This document shows positions 52,228 through 64,000 of a stretch of 64,000 nucleotides of DNA, piece after piece (position 1 is the first letter of the stretch; each line of letters begins with the position of its first letter). The stretch lies in the NCBI GenBank assembly GCA_964106915.2, contig OZ066923.1, one strand, 5' to 3'. Under the pieces are notes generated by a model. That model did not search any database, was not told the DNA's origin, and worked only from the letters and a program-made list of their open reading frames with translations. The translations under genes were made by a program, and so were the position numbers. The DNA comes from Podarcis gaigeae (Eukaryota).

Positions 52228-53745
52228 GTAATTAACAGCACTTACAACATTAACTTGATGTTTTGAGCAAGCCGGATTAACCATAACTTTTAGGCAAAAG
52301 TTGTGCATCACATTTTAAAACTAGACATAGCTTAACCTTGCATCTAATATATGTAACTTGCCCTCACAATCTTCTGCTAGGATATATGGAACTGATGGGA
52401 TTCAGCAATGCCCCCTGCCAGTGGAAGCGCTGTGTAAGGACTTCCACTTGCACAATGGAACCTTCTCCCCTTTCTGCTGTCTGTACCCAAAAAAATTGGC
52501 TGGGGGATGGTGGCTCAGGAGAATGCTTAGAACAGCATGTGAGGGGAAGGGAGGAACAATTGTTCCTTATGGCAAGCTGCTTGTTAAAGCACAACATTGA
52601 ATTCCTCCCATATTCTTAAATATGTTTAAGAGATTGAAAAGGGACCACAGGCTCATGTGCTCCTTCCCCCAACACAGAGCTTAAACTGCAGTTAAGAATT
52701 CGATCAGTGCCAATAGTCACCAAAGTTAAAGCTAAGCTGGACTTTTGCTTAATACGGAGTTCTAGCTGGGGTTCCAAGTGGCTCACTCTCAGATGTGGCA
52801 GAGTGAGGATGTAATTCTGTGGCCTCCTCTCAATCTGACCATGGTTTAATAGCAAGTCCAAGCCAGTTGATAGTCTGAAAAGTCAGTATTCTATTGCCGT
52901 GTTCTGTGAGGGTATAGTACTGTTCTTATAAATGCAGGATTGTGTCTGAAAATGGCAGCCCACTGTCACTTTCCCTTAGTGTACTTTCCCTGTCTCTGCT
53001 TGTGATGTCCAGTCAGTGAACATTTCAGCAACAGACCCATGTTTAATATCACAAGGCATTGTGCTGCAATAAATCTATTTCTCAAAGCAATTTCTTTCAT
53101 TCTCTGTCGCCTGAGATGCAAATAACTGTATCCAGGGGGCTACAGATCTTTGTTTGCCATGGACCCCTCTCTCATGCACCCCAACCCTATGGAGTACTCA
53201 GGGAAGAATGGCAATGAGTAGTGCCCTTCGTCATTGTGTTGGGCATGTGCAGAATGCTGTTTGTCTTTGTCTCAGCAGGAATAAAGAGAACTCCACTAAA
53301 CACCCCTTGAGTTCTCTGAACTGGAGAAAAACTTGGGGGAAAGGATGCATGTATGCCTTCCCCCTGCATTTGACATGTGCTAAGCAAACACCATTCCTTT
53401 TCCTAGAGTTTTCTGTAGTTTGCAGAATTTGGGTAATAGGATTTTTGTTGGAGGCATGCAAAACAGGCAAACATGGAGTAGGGAGTCACTGGTTGTGGGT
53501 TTGTGGAAGTCAGTGGTAGTCACTAGGGTATTAAGTAAGTAAACATGATACATCCTGTTTAAATTTTGGAAATTTGGTCACATAAGCTAGTCTTGCTATC
53601 TATTCTTCACCCCTTTAATTTCAGAATATTAAATACATGCTGCTCTAGATATAGAATAAATGTCAATGACTAAATCTTTAATTTTAGGTTCACTCTATAG
53701 TGTTAGGAGTGGTGGTTTATCTATTATTTCCCCCCTTAAACTTAG

Positions 53746-53901
53746 CAAAAGCTCAGGATGGTGCAGCGATGGAAATGCAGCCTCTAAAAAGTGAAGATGG
53801 TGGTGATGGAGATGACAAAAAAAGAAACAATATGCCTAAGAAAGAAAAATCAGTTCTTCAAGGAAAGCTCACTAAGCTAGCAGTTCAGATTGGCAAAGCA
53901 G
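53746..53901 (+). CDS. ATP2B1: PMCA1 exon 8
   Basis: [17 protein letters not shown]...[21 protein letters not shown]; cttag| and G|gtatgg; 156 nt. Confidence 0.97.
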
Positions 53902-54078
53902 GTATGGCTTATTTAGTGTTCATCCTTAATGCCAGATTCTTAATGAACAAGCATTCAACTGTAGATCTTTTCTCAAACTTAACTTTGTATTAAAATTTTG
54001 AAATGAGTTTTTGAGACCTATTTTTAGAGTTTTGTCAATAATATGAATGATTAACTGGTTCTCATCTCTTCCTAAAAG

Positions 54079-54293
54079 GATTGCTGATGTCTGCAGTCAC
54101 AGTCATCATTCTTGTATTATATTTTGTAATTGATACCTTCTGGGTCCAGAAACGTCCTTGGCTTGCTGAATGTACACCAATATATATTCAGTACTTTGTA
54201 AAGTTCTTTATCATTGGTGTTACTGTCCTGGTTGTGGCAGTTCCAGAGGGTCTTCCGCTTGCAGTTACTATCTCACTGGCTTACTCTGTAAAG
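54079..54293 (+). CDS. ATP2B1: PMCA1 exon 9 (TM3-TM4, PEGL)
   Basis: [16 protein letters not shown]...[21 protein letters not shown]; aaag| and |gtatgt; 215 nt. Confidence 0.97.
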
Positions 54294-54714
54294 GTATGTG
54301 TGAGAAACCTATGCTTCTGTGTGGTAGTACATTATGTAGCATAGATATATGTTCATAGATGTTTTTCCTAAGAAACTGGATCAATGAAATGTATTTGAAT
54401 GGTTTATCTGCTTGTTCTGTTGGTTTGTTCTGCATCAACCTATCTTTACAAACACTGTGGTCATAAAGTAATCACTCAGCATTAAATGTAACTCTTCCAA
54501 ACACAAGGAATATGCTTGTTAAAATAACCCTTACAGTCGATGCATCTGTCAATTGATTTTAGCTTTACCCTCTGGGTACTAATTATAAAGATTAAATATG
54601 GGATATCCATTGAATATTTATTATTGAGGAATCTCAACCTCAGCATGCACAATGACAAGTGAATTCTAAAAATGTGTTTAATGCTGTTAGACTGACTTAT
54701 TCTCTTTTTTGTAG

Positions 54715-54957
54715 AAAATGATGAAAGATAATAACTTGGTCAGACATCTGGATGCTTGTGAAACAATGGGAAATGCAACAGCCATTTGCTCAGATAAAAC
54801 AGGAACATTGACAATGAACAGAATGACGGTAGTCCAAGCTTACATCAGTGAAAAACATTATAAAAAAATTCCTGAGGCACAAGCTATTCCTGAGAAAACA
54901 TTGTCATACCTTGTAACAGGAATCTCTGTAAACTCTGCTTATACTTCCAAAATCTTG
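54715..54957 (+). CDS. ATP2B1: PMCA1 exon 10 (phosphorylation site DKTGT)
   Basis: [33 protein letters not shown]...YTSKIL; gtag| and |gtaagt; 243 nt. Confidence 0.98.
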
Positions 54958-55179
54958 GTAAGTGTGTATTGGAAACTATTGATTCAGTGGTAGAGTTAAA
55001 GCATCTCCCATTGAACCAATAGGTCTCATAACTTTGGAAGGATTGTTCTCATTTAAATTCATCAGAGTTCTATAATAAACATGTTTACTAAAGTCATATA
55101 TGTCATATATGTACATTACTGAAAGATTACTAAGCTGGTGGGAAAGCTTTGATCCTTCTGAATAACTATTGGGAATATA

Positions 55180-55347
55180 CCGTATTTTTTCCGTGTATAA
55201 GACTAGGGGTTTTTACCAAAAAATTAGGTTTAAAATTGGGGCTCATCTTATATACGGGTAGTGCTGAGGGGTGTTTTCTTAATTTTGAGTCCCCAAAAAT
55301 AGGGGGCGTCTTATACATGGGGAAGTCTTATACACAGAAAAATACGG
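55180..55347. mobile_element. Tc2-like (TcMar) MITE
   Basis: TA|CCGTATTTTTTCCGTGTATAAGAC...GTCTTATACACAGAAAAATACGG|TA. Confidence 0.88.
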
Positions 55348-55472
55348 TAATTGAAATGAATGTTAATATGATATTTGAGCTTCCTTGGCTATATAATTTT
55401 TTGACATTTGGTTTTTGAAATGCCAAATGGCTCTACGTTGCTCTTCTCAGCTCTAATGCATTTTGAGTTGAA

Positions 55473-55526
55473 ATGCATTTCCTGGGATATAGCAACAACA
55501 TGCATTTCCTGGGATATAGCAACAAC
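55473..55526. repeat. Perfect 27-bp tandem duplication
   Basis: ATGCATTTCCTGGGATATAGCAACAAC x2. Confidence 0.95.
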
Positions 55527-56507
55527 AATAAAAGCATAATAAATAATAATAATGTAAAAGTTTGTCTATTTTCTGGATGAAATAGCATCAATTAATTCTG
55601 AAACGGATAATTTTATGCCTTGGCTTACTTAATTCATGGCTTAATTAGTTCAAATTTCTCAACAACTAATGTATATGATCTACTGAAACTGTTCTGGAAT
55701 CACAAAGTTTCACTTGTCATTTTAGCTTTCTTGTCCTTTCAGTATTTTATCTGTTGCTCTGATTGGGAAGAGCAGTGAAATATGCAAGAATTGCCTTAGC
55801 AGACTCACCAAGCCAAAACACCAACCATTCTCTGTGTGGCCTGACAGTGCTCAACACCCCCTGTTTTTGCAGTCTCAGGTAGGCAGCAAAAACAAGTTTA
55901 TTGAGCAGCTTACAGAGCATGGTTAGTGAATTGAGTTTGGCTTTATGTGTTGTATTACGCAGTCCCACATACCTGCAAACTAGCAGTTGTACTGATTTAA
56001 GGACATGTTTACAAATGACACTATCCTTTATTTTTGTTTGGCCTTGGTAAAAGTGCCATTCCATGCTGAACACCAAACTACAAATGTGTCTCTGTGTCTT
56101 GCCTGGTATTGAAATGTGCACCTGACCTTTCTCATTGCACCATTATCCTGCCACTTTGTAAGAACTGACACTCAGTTACTCATTGAGTCTAATTTAACAG
56201 CTTTCTAAGAACTAATATGACTCCTGAAATTGTCTCTGACTTTTAGTGCTTGTGCTCTGACTTGAGAAGACAAATTCGTAATATAAATTTTTCTATTGGT
56301 TGCACTTTATGAACATTAAACTGCCCCCCAAACAGTGACATATTCTTTAAAGATGTGTGTAAGCTAAAAATTGCATCCAGTTTCAGCATATAACTTGCAA
56401 ACCTTCAGCATATGATTTCTGAGATGCTGAATTCTAAGCTGCTGCTTATTCCTTATTTCCTTGAACCAGAAGCAAATTCCTTCTCAAGGGTTTATTCTGT
56501 CTTTCAG

Positions 56508-56749
56508 CCTCCTGAAAAGGAAGGTGGCTTGCCCCGTCATGTTGGTAATAAAACTGAATGTGCCTTGCTGGGACTGCTGCTGGATTTGAAACGAGACTAC
56601 CAGGATGTTAGAAACGAAATACCAGAAGAGGCACTTTACAAAGTCTACACCTTCAACTCTGTTAGAAAGTCCATGAGTACTGTGTTAAAGAACTCTGATG
56701 GCAGTTTCCGGATATTCAGCAAGGGTGCCTCGGAGATAGTACTTAAAAA
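56508..56749 (+). CDS. ATP2B1: PMCA1 exon 11 (N domain, KGASE); ends at a GC donor
   Basis: [22 protein letters not shown]...[11 protein letters not shown]; frame with the next exon requires AA|gcaagt; 242 nt. Confidence 0.94.
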
Positions 56750-57923
56750 GCAAGTTAACTTTTTGTGGTCTCTTATCATGTAATGGTGTGATGAAATTCC
56801 AGAAATGGTACCTTCTGTTCCTTGGCTTTTAAGCACTGTATTTCTTCATTGTCCAAGTCAGGAGTTCTTAGAACTAGCTAATTTAGAAACCTTTCCTATA
56901 AGATGTTGGTATAGAGCTTGACCCAAACTTAAGCTAGTTACTTTCCAAGTCTTTGGTGAATACAAAGTTGCATTTTACTTACATTAGTCATGTGATGCAA
57001 TTACTACTTTTTGCTAGAGATTAGATATATAATCTTGTCGCTTAATCATAGAAACAGTGTATTTCCTGCTCGTCTTCCCTTTAAGATGATAGTTTTCATT
57101 ATCTGCCTATTGAATGAAATGTATTCTTTTCTTACTTTTTAATTGCAAAGTTTGGTGGTCAGTTAGGGCAAACTTGTTCACATGGACTGGGTGAAAAGGG
57201 AGGTAGAAACAGTCATTTTGCTTTTGCAGTTCAGGCTATTGTGTACTTTATCTTACAGGTCACACTGAACTGATTGCGGAAGATAAGGGGGGGTCTGTAG
57301 GAAAACATGACAATTCAGCTCCTGAACAGTTCCCTCTTTTGTGAAGACTTGTAGAGTTGACTTGTAGCCTTGACATTCTTGTGAATATATGAATATGCAT
57401 TTTATGATCTGCTAAGCACTTACCCTATATATAAAATATGACAATGCCAGGACTACAGCACCTCTTACTGGAATGGATCTTGCTACTCTTCTGAGCCTTG
57501 TCCTAATGTTTTTAACATCTGAGTGAAAACTTTCCCATTTTGGGTGCATTTGACTTACCTTTGTTACTGCTGGGCTGTGAGATGCTGGCAAAGGGGAGCA
57601 GGATAAACTCCTGGGAGATACTCCTAGAACATGGTAGGAATGCTGTACTGTGAATCCCTCCCCCTCCCCCACTTTTGTGCCTTCTCTAGCCTTTACCTTC
57701 TCTATCGCCACCACCAAGCATTGGCATAAAGATGTTCTCATACTGGGAGGTGGGATGACAAGGCAACCAAGTTCTTCATGAAATCTGTGCTGGGATGCAT
57801 GTGTATCTAGCTGCTGCAAGATTTAGGAATATTTAATGTTAGCCCCAGAAAGTACCTGCAATGCAGATGACCTTTTTTATTGAGTGTTCTGAATCTTGAA
57901 AATTGTTTCTATTTTGTTTTCAG

Positions 57924-58161
57924 GTGCTTCAAGATACTGAGCGCGAATGGTGAACCCAAAGTGTTCAGGCCAAGGGACCGTGATGATATTGTAAAAACTG
58001 TGATTGAGCCTATGGCCTCAGAGGGACTCAGAACCATATGTCTGGCATTCAGAGACTTCCCAGCTGGAGAACCTGAGCCAGAATGGGACAATGAAAATGA
58101 CATTGTCACTGGGCTTACATGTATTGCTATTGTAGGCATTGAAGACCCTGTGAGGCCTGAG
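57924..58161 (+). CDS. ATP2B1: PMCA1 exon 12
   Basis: [10 protein letters not shown]...[16 protein letters not shown]...GIEDPVRPE; ttcag| and |gtaggc; 238 nt. Confidence 0.97.
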
Positions 58162-59178
58162 GTAGGCGGAAACTCTTCATTAAAGTGTGTTTTAGAACAT
58201 TATTTGCTAAAGTAATAACTTAATGTTCTGCCAGTGTTTGGAAACAATGCCATACTTTACTTCGAAAACAGGTGTAAGCATGTCAAGGCATTAAAATAAT
58301 TCCCGAGACCTAATATAACCAAATAAAGATAAATTCACATCTTCATTTTGATTGGCTTGAGTTCCGTCTTCAAGTCCCTTTTGTGAGTGAAAAGTAACTG
58401 CTGCAGATGGTGTCATTTTTAGGGAAACATATTACGACATCCTGAATTTGTGTAAGGTGGGGTAGATCCCTCTGCCTCTTTAAGAACATGTATTTATCCA
58501 TGCTCCAACGAAATAGGTGGTGGAAATCAGCTACTTTAAAAAAACCCACACACCGTAATTAAATACCCCAAATGAGAGAAATATTCAGTATAAACAGCAT
58601 GTGCATTTAATCTAAAAGTTACTAGACATTTGCAGAATGTTTTTTCCTGCCCTGCTGATCAAGCTTAAGTCGTAGTTCTCTTAGATAGCAAGTGAACCCT
58701 CATAAGTAGTCTGCTGTGGTACAGGGTTTGATAACAAAACTTGTGTCAAATGTCTGAGAATTAGGCTTTGTCTCAAAATGGCAAGAAACATTTTATACAT
58801 TAGTTAAACAGGAGACTTCAGTCCCAGTCTCTCTCTCAGCCTTAAAACCTTTCAAAGATGGGTCACCCAAATGTTTTTAGTAGTAAGTGCATTTAATCAG
58901 TTAACTGTAAGCTATAGGACCTTAAGTGTTACAGGTGCCCAATTGTTGCCATTAACACCCAAATATATATGATTATATTTGGAATATATGCCTAATAACA
59001 TGATGATACAAAATTATCTATGGAACTGTGTTAAGCCATATTATTTCAACTGAAGGACAATTTGAGATTAAGTAAGCAGGAGATTGGAGGGCAGAGAGTT
59101 GTGGATAAATAATGTTTCAAGCATGTCCATGTAGCAAAGCTTCTTCATAAACTATTCTTTTTTCAAAATAAAAATTAG

Positions 59179-59397
<219 letters not shown>

Positions 59398-59424
59398 TGA
59401 AAGTTTGCTTAGTTATAAAGCTAA

Positions 59425-59535
<111 letters not shown>

Positions 59536-59743
59536 TAAGCATTCTCAAATAGAAGGGTTGACTATAACTGATTGCTTTCTCTTGGAGCAGGGAGAATAAA
59601 CTTTTTATTTTAGCCCATGATACTTGTATTGATCTTATCCATCCTGTATCTAGGGCTGTCAAGGTCATCGTTCAAATCTGTAACCCTGCTCTGCAGACAT
59701 TAAAGGGCAAAAAATTAAAGAGGTGTTAACCAAAGTATTTTAG

Positions 59744-60067
<324 letters not shown>

Positions 60068-61245
60068 TGAGCTGTACTGCCAGTTTTCATCGTGATGAAC
60101 ATTTGGATTCATACCAAAGGTTGAATACATCTAACTTACACTCAGCAATGGCAAGAGCAAAACTGATTGCAGCTCCCTTGGCTTTCTGTTAACCCTATTC
60201 CGAAATAACCTTGAAGAGGGAAACTGCATAAACTTACAATGTCCATATACAGGATTACACATGTATGAAAAGTGAAACAGGACTGCAGTTGGGTTCCCAT
60301 CTGTTCACCATGTCTATTGGGATAGAAGCACAACTTGATTTTTCAGTATATTATATTGCAGCTTTCTTGGTGAAGGGTGGGATGTGGAGTAACTTGTGTC
60401 TCTGAATCTAAAATGAAAAGTAGGAACCTGAAGCTATTAATGTGGAGATGGCACAATAAACCTGTTTTGATAATACCAGCTAAAATAGCTGGGATTCTTA
60501 GTTTGTGTAAAGACATATAAAGCCATCATTGAGCATTCCGGGGGGCTGTTCTGATTGGATAGTGGTGGAATGTGAAGAAAACCTCAGAGGGAAATTTTGC
60601 TGTCGCTACTTGAGGTCAGATTGTATGAAACTCACTTTGGTCATTTTAATCTGAAGCGTGCTGGGTCATGAGAAGTTAATGTGGTTCATGCTAAGCTGAT
60701 ACTACATTTGAGCATTTATTGCTGAGATCAGGTTTCTTCTGTTCCTTTTCCTTGTCATAGTGGAATTGTGCCACTGCAACTAAGATGAGTGTAGACTAGC
60801 TTATCTCTTTAGAATTTGGTGTCACTTACATGACGCTGAACCATGAATGCTTCTATGTGTGTGTGTTTTTTCTTTTGAGTCTGGTTCATTGATCATTCCA
60901 AGAAGTAGAAATGAATTGGTCTCGTTGCTCTTGTGGGAGGTGAAGCTTTAGATTCCCTCCATACCACTCACATATGTAGTAGCATTTTAAGGTTACACTT
61001 CCTTTTTTAGTTGAAATAGCTGTGTTGCTGCATAAGTAACATTCTTTATACTACCAACAGTTTTTAACACTAGCAGCTTTTCAGATTTTGTGGATCATAA
61101 TCATTTGACACAAGTAGCTGACTACTTTCCTTGTTGAAATGATACGTAAGGGACCATGCCTAGATTCCAAAACTTATTGCTTTCCTCAGCTAGAACTTGT
61201 GGAATTTGCTTAATGTGAATGGAACATTCAGGAGCTGTGCTACTG

Positions 61246-61258
61246 TGCCACCTAGTGG
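61246..61258 (-). promoter_or_regulatory. Candidate CTCF site
   Basis: Minus strand CCACTAGGTGGCA matches the CTCF core CCASYAGRKGGCR. Confidence 0.5.
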
Positions 61259-61810
61259 CTTTGGAGGTTAACAAAAGAGGCTTTAGAGCGTCAGGCTATT
61301 TTCATCTAAGCAAAAAATGTGCAAAATGTTGATAAAGGGCAAATGAAGCCAAAATGTGCCATTTCAGTTACTTACATTGTGGTTTACTGTACTGGAATAG
61401 CTTTAACTAGCTTATGTGCCATGCTTCATCAGTAATCATCCCTAATGGGAGCAGGTGAAATTCACTTTCAAGATTTGTAGAGTCTACGCATTGCAATTCT
61501 GTAGTGAGTATGTTAGACTAAGACTCATTGAAATCAGACTTTCTTCCGCATGTGCAAAGGATTGGATTGCATGTTTTATTAAGTCAGTTAATATTAGTGT
61601 CAACAACTCTCTATCTCCAGATAGAAACCTGAACTAATAATTGTTGCAATTGATTTTTATATACAAATGCTGACAGTGTCTAGCCTAAACAATTGGATAT
61701 GACACAATAGTTATTCTTCTTACCATTTGATATTACTTAAACTTGCTATCAAGATAGTACATCATAATAATAGCTTTTGTACTGAAATATATGTTAAAAG
61801 CAAAGGATGA

Positions 61811-62176
<366 letters not shown>

Positions 62177-62332
62177 TAAACTGATGATACTAGTTTTTTA
62201 GAGTGAATTTACTAGATGTATTTTTAAAACCACAGTCCCAAACCTCAATGGAGAAAATATTTAACTGCTGCATGGCTTGTTGGTTTCTAGGATATTTGTG
62301 TTTATGTATTAGGAAATGTATCGTTTTTGTAG

Positions 62333-62546
62333 GATTCTCCACTTAAAGCTGTTCAGATGTTATGGGTAAATCTCATAATGGACACACTGGCTTCGCTTGC
62401 CTTGGCAACGGAACCACCCACAGAAGCTCTCTTGCTGAGGAAGCCTTACGGTAGAAATAAACCTCTCATCTCGCGGACGATGATGAAGAATATTCTGGGC
62501 CATGCTTGCTATCAGCTTGTGGTTGTCTTTACACTCCTGTTTGCTG
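62333..62546 (+). CDS. ATP2B1: PMCA1 exon 17 (TM6-TM7)
   Basis: [29 protein letters not shown]...FTLLFA; 214 nt. Confidence 0.97.
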
Positions 62547-62730
62547 GTAAGAATTCTAGATTCCTAAGCTTTAACTTTTTAGAAGCTAAGTGCTTGCTTT
62601 GTGACTGCTTCTCAAATAGCTATTTTAGTTTTCAAATGAACTCTTCAGTATTTGATGTTTACATGGTAATGCCTTACCTGAAAATCTAAATCAGCACTGG
62701 ATTCTGAGAGTGTTAATCTCCCCTTCACAG

Positions 62731-62942
62731 GTGAAAAAATATTTGACATTGATAGTGGACGGAATGCACCTCTTCACGCACCTCCTTCAGAGCACTATAC
62801 TATTGTGTTTAATACGTTTGTTATGATGCAGCTTTTTAATGAAATAAATGCCCGAAAAATCCACGGTGAAAGGAATGTATTTGAAGGAATTTTCAATAAT
62901 GCTATATTCTGTACCATAGTTCTGGGCACATTTATTGTACAG
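62731..62942 (+). CDS. ATP2B1: PMCA1 exon 18 (TM8-TM9)
   Basis: [49 protein letters not shown]...FIVQ; 212 nt. Confidence 0.97.
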
Positions 62943-63920
62943 GTGGGTTGGTTACTGAACTTACTTGATAAAGAATTTTTTACTTTTTGTTGCCAAAGTT
63001 TTTTTCTCTCTATATATACCGGTATATATGTATATGTATATGTTAGGATACAGCATCCTTAGCAGGTCTAACATAGTATGTAATTTGGCTGACATCTTTA
63101 GAAATGCTTTAAATTTGGAGATAAAATACAGGTGACAGTTAAGGTCCTTATCTCTGCCCATTGTTCTGATGAATTCATAGATCCAACACGATCAGTTAAA
63201 GCAATTTTATTTGGAAATCTGATCTTTTCATATGTGACTTAAATCCAGCTACTAATTTCACAATTAAATGGGCATTATATTTGCATGTTAGATAAGACTG
63301 AACTTTTGACTCTGATTCTGTCCACTGTCAACTAAAGCTAAGTGTATCCATGTAAGAATGTGGCAGAATTAGTAATTAGTGTTTTGGATACCTGCACTGG
63401 AGTGTTAAATATGTTTGTGTGGTTCTAAAAAAATGAATTGCCCTGAATTACCAGAACTGCCCTGGTAACTGCCCTTTAAAATGCAAATAATGCACATTCA
63501 TAGTTTGTATTGATTTATTTACTTCATTGCATTTTTTCTCCACCCATCTTCCCAAAGGAGAAACCTAGGGCAATGTACATACAATCCAACATAATAATAT
63601 AAAATATTAAAGTACCAATATAAAACTATAATTAAACAATAACATTCCAGGAAGCAGAGATAAAAATATCACCCCATCACAGTTTCCCAGGGGCTTCACA
63701 AATCGTGACCTAGCTGTTGACCAAAATATGCCAGTGGTTGTGACAAACAGTAGACCAGATGCATTGGCAGAAGCAAGCTTCTGGGGGGCTCTAAAAATCC
63801 AACAGAAAAATAGCTCAGAGTTTTATTTTCAGAATAGACGGGTCAAATATTTGGTGCAGCATAGCCATCACCGACTTTTAAAAATATTTGTGTGATAATA
63901 TTTGTGATTTTTCTTAACAG

Positions 63921-64000
63921 ATCGTCATTGTGCAGTTTGGAGGAAAACCTTTCAGTTGTTCAGAGCTTACAGTAGAACAATGGCTCTGGTCAATTTTTCT
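63921..64000 (+). CDS. ATP2B1: PMCA1 exon 19, truncated by window end
   Basis: ttaacag|ATC; IVIVQFGGKPFSCSELTVEQWLWSIF. Confidence 0.95.
   Translation, partial: MVIVQFGGKPFSCSELTVEQWLWSIF

Noticed and set aside
56754-56759. GT at 56754 as the principal exon 11 donor
   Set aside because: Causes a frameshift and stop at 57951; cannot encode the conserved LKKCFKIL

Overview
Eukaryotic (squamate reptile, most likely a lacertid lizard judging by Sauria SINEs with (ACCTTT)n tails) genomic DNA. It carries the promoter and most of ATP2B1 (PMCA1, plasma-membrane Ca2+ P-type ATPase) on the + strand. There is a CpG-island promoter at ~4.8-7.3 kb with two candidate non-coding first exons, a ~28 kb first intron, and 18 coding exons (34626 to window end) that splice into one uninterrupted frame of ~1044 codons with TGES, PEGL, DKTGT, KGASE, TGDN and GDGTND motifs. 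The 3' end of the gene lies beyond the window. Introns hold typical squamate repeats: L2, CR1, RTE and L1 fragments, Sauria SINEs, Tigger/Tc2-like and hAT MITEs. No novel protein-coding system is evident. The most notable items are: (i) a 237-bp Penelope-like insert with an 11-bp TSD in intron 1, carrying an antisense CCAAT-GC-TATA-Inr promoter directly upstream of an intact minimal hammerhead ribozyme core; (ii) an obligatory non-canonical AA|GC-AG intron right after the KGASE motif; (iii) three stacked uORFs in the 5' UTR; (iv) splice-signal oddities around PMCA splice site A. Repeat family names and approximate boundaries come from recognition, not database searches.
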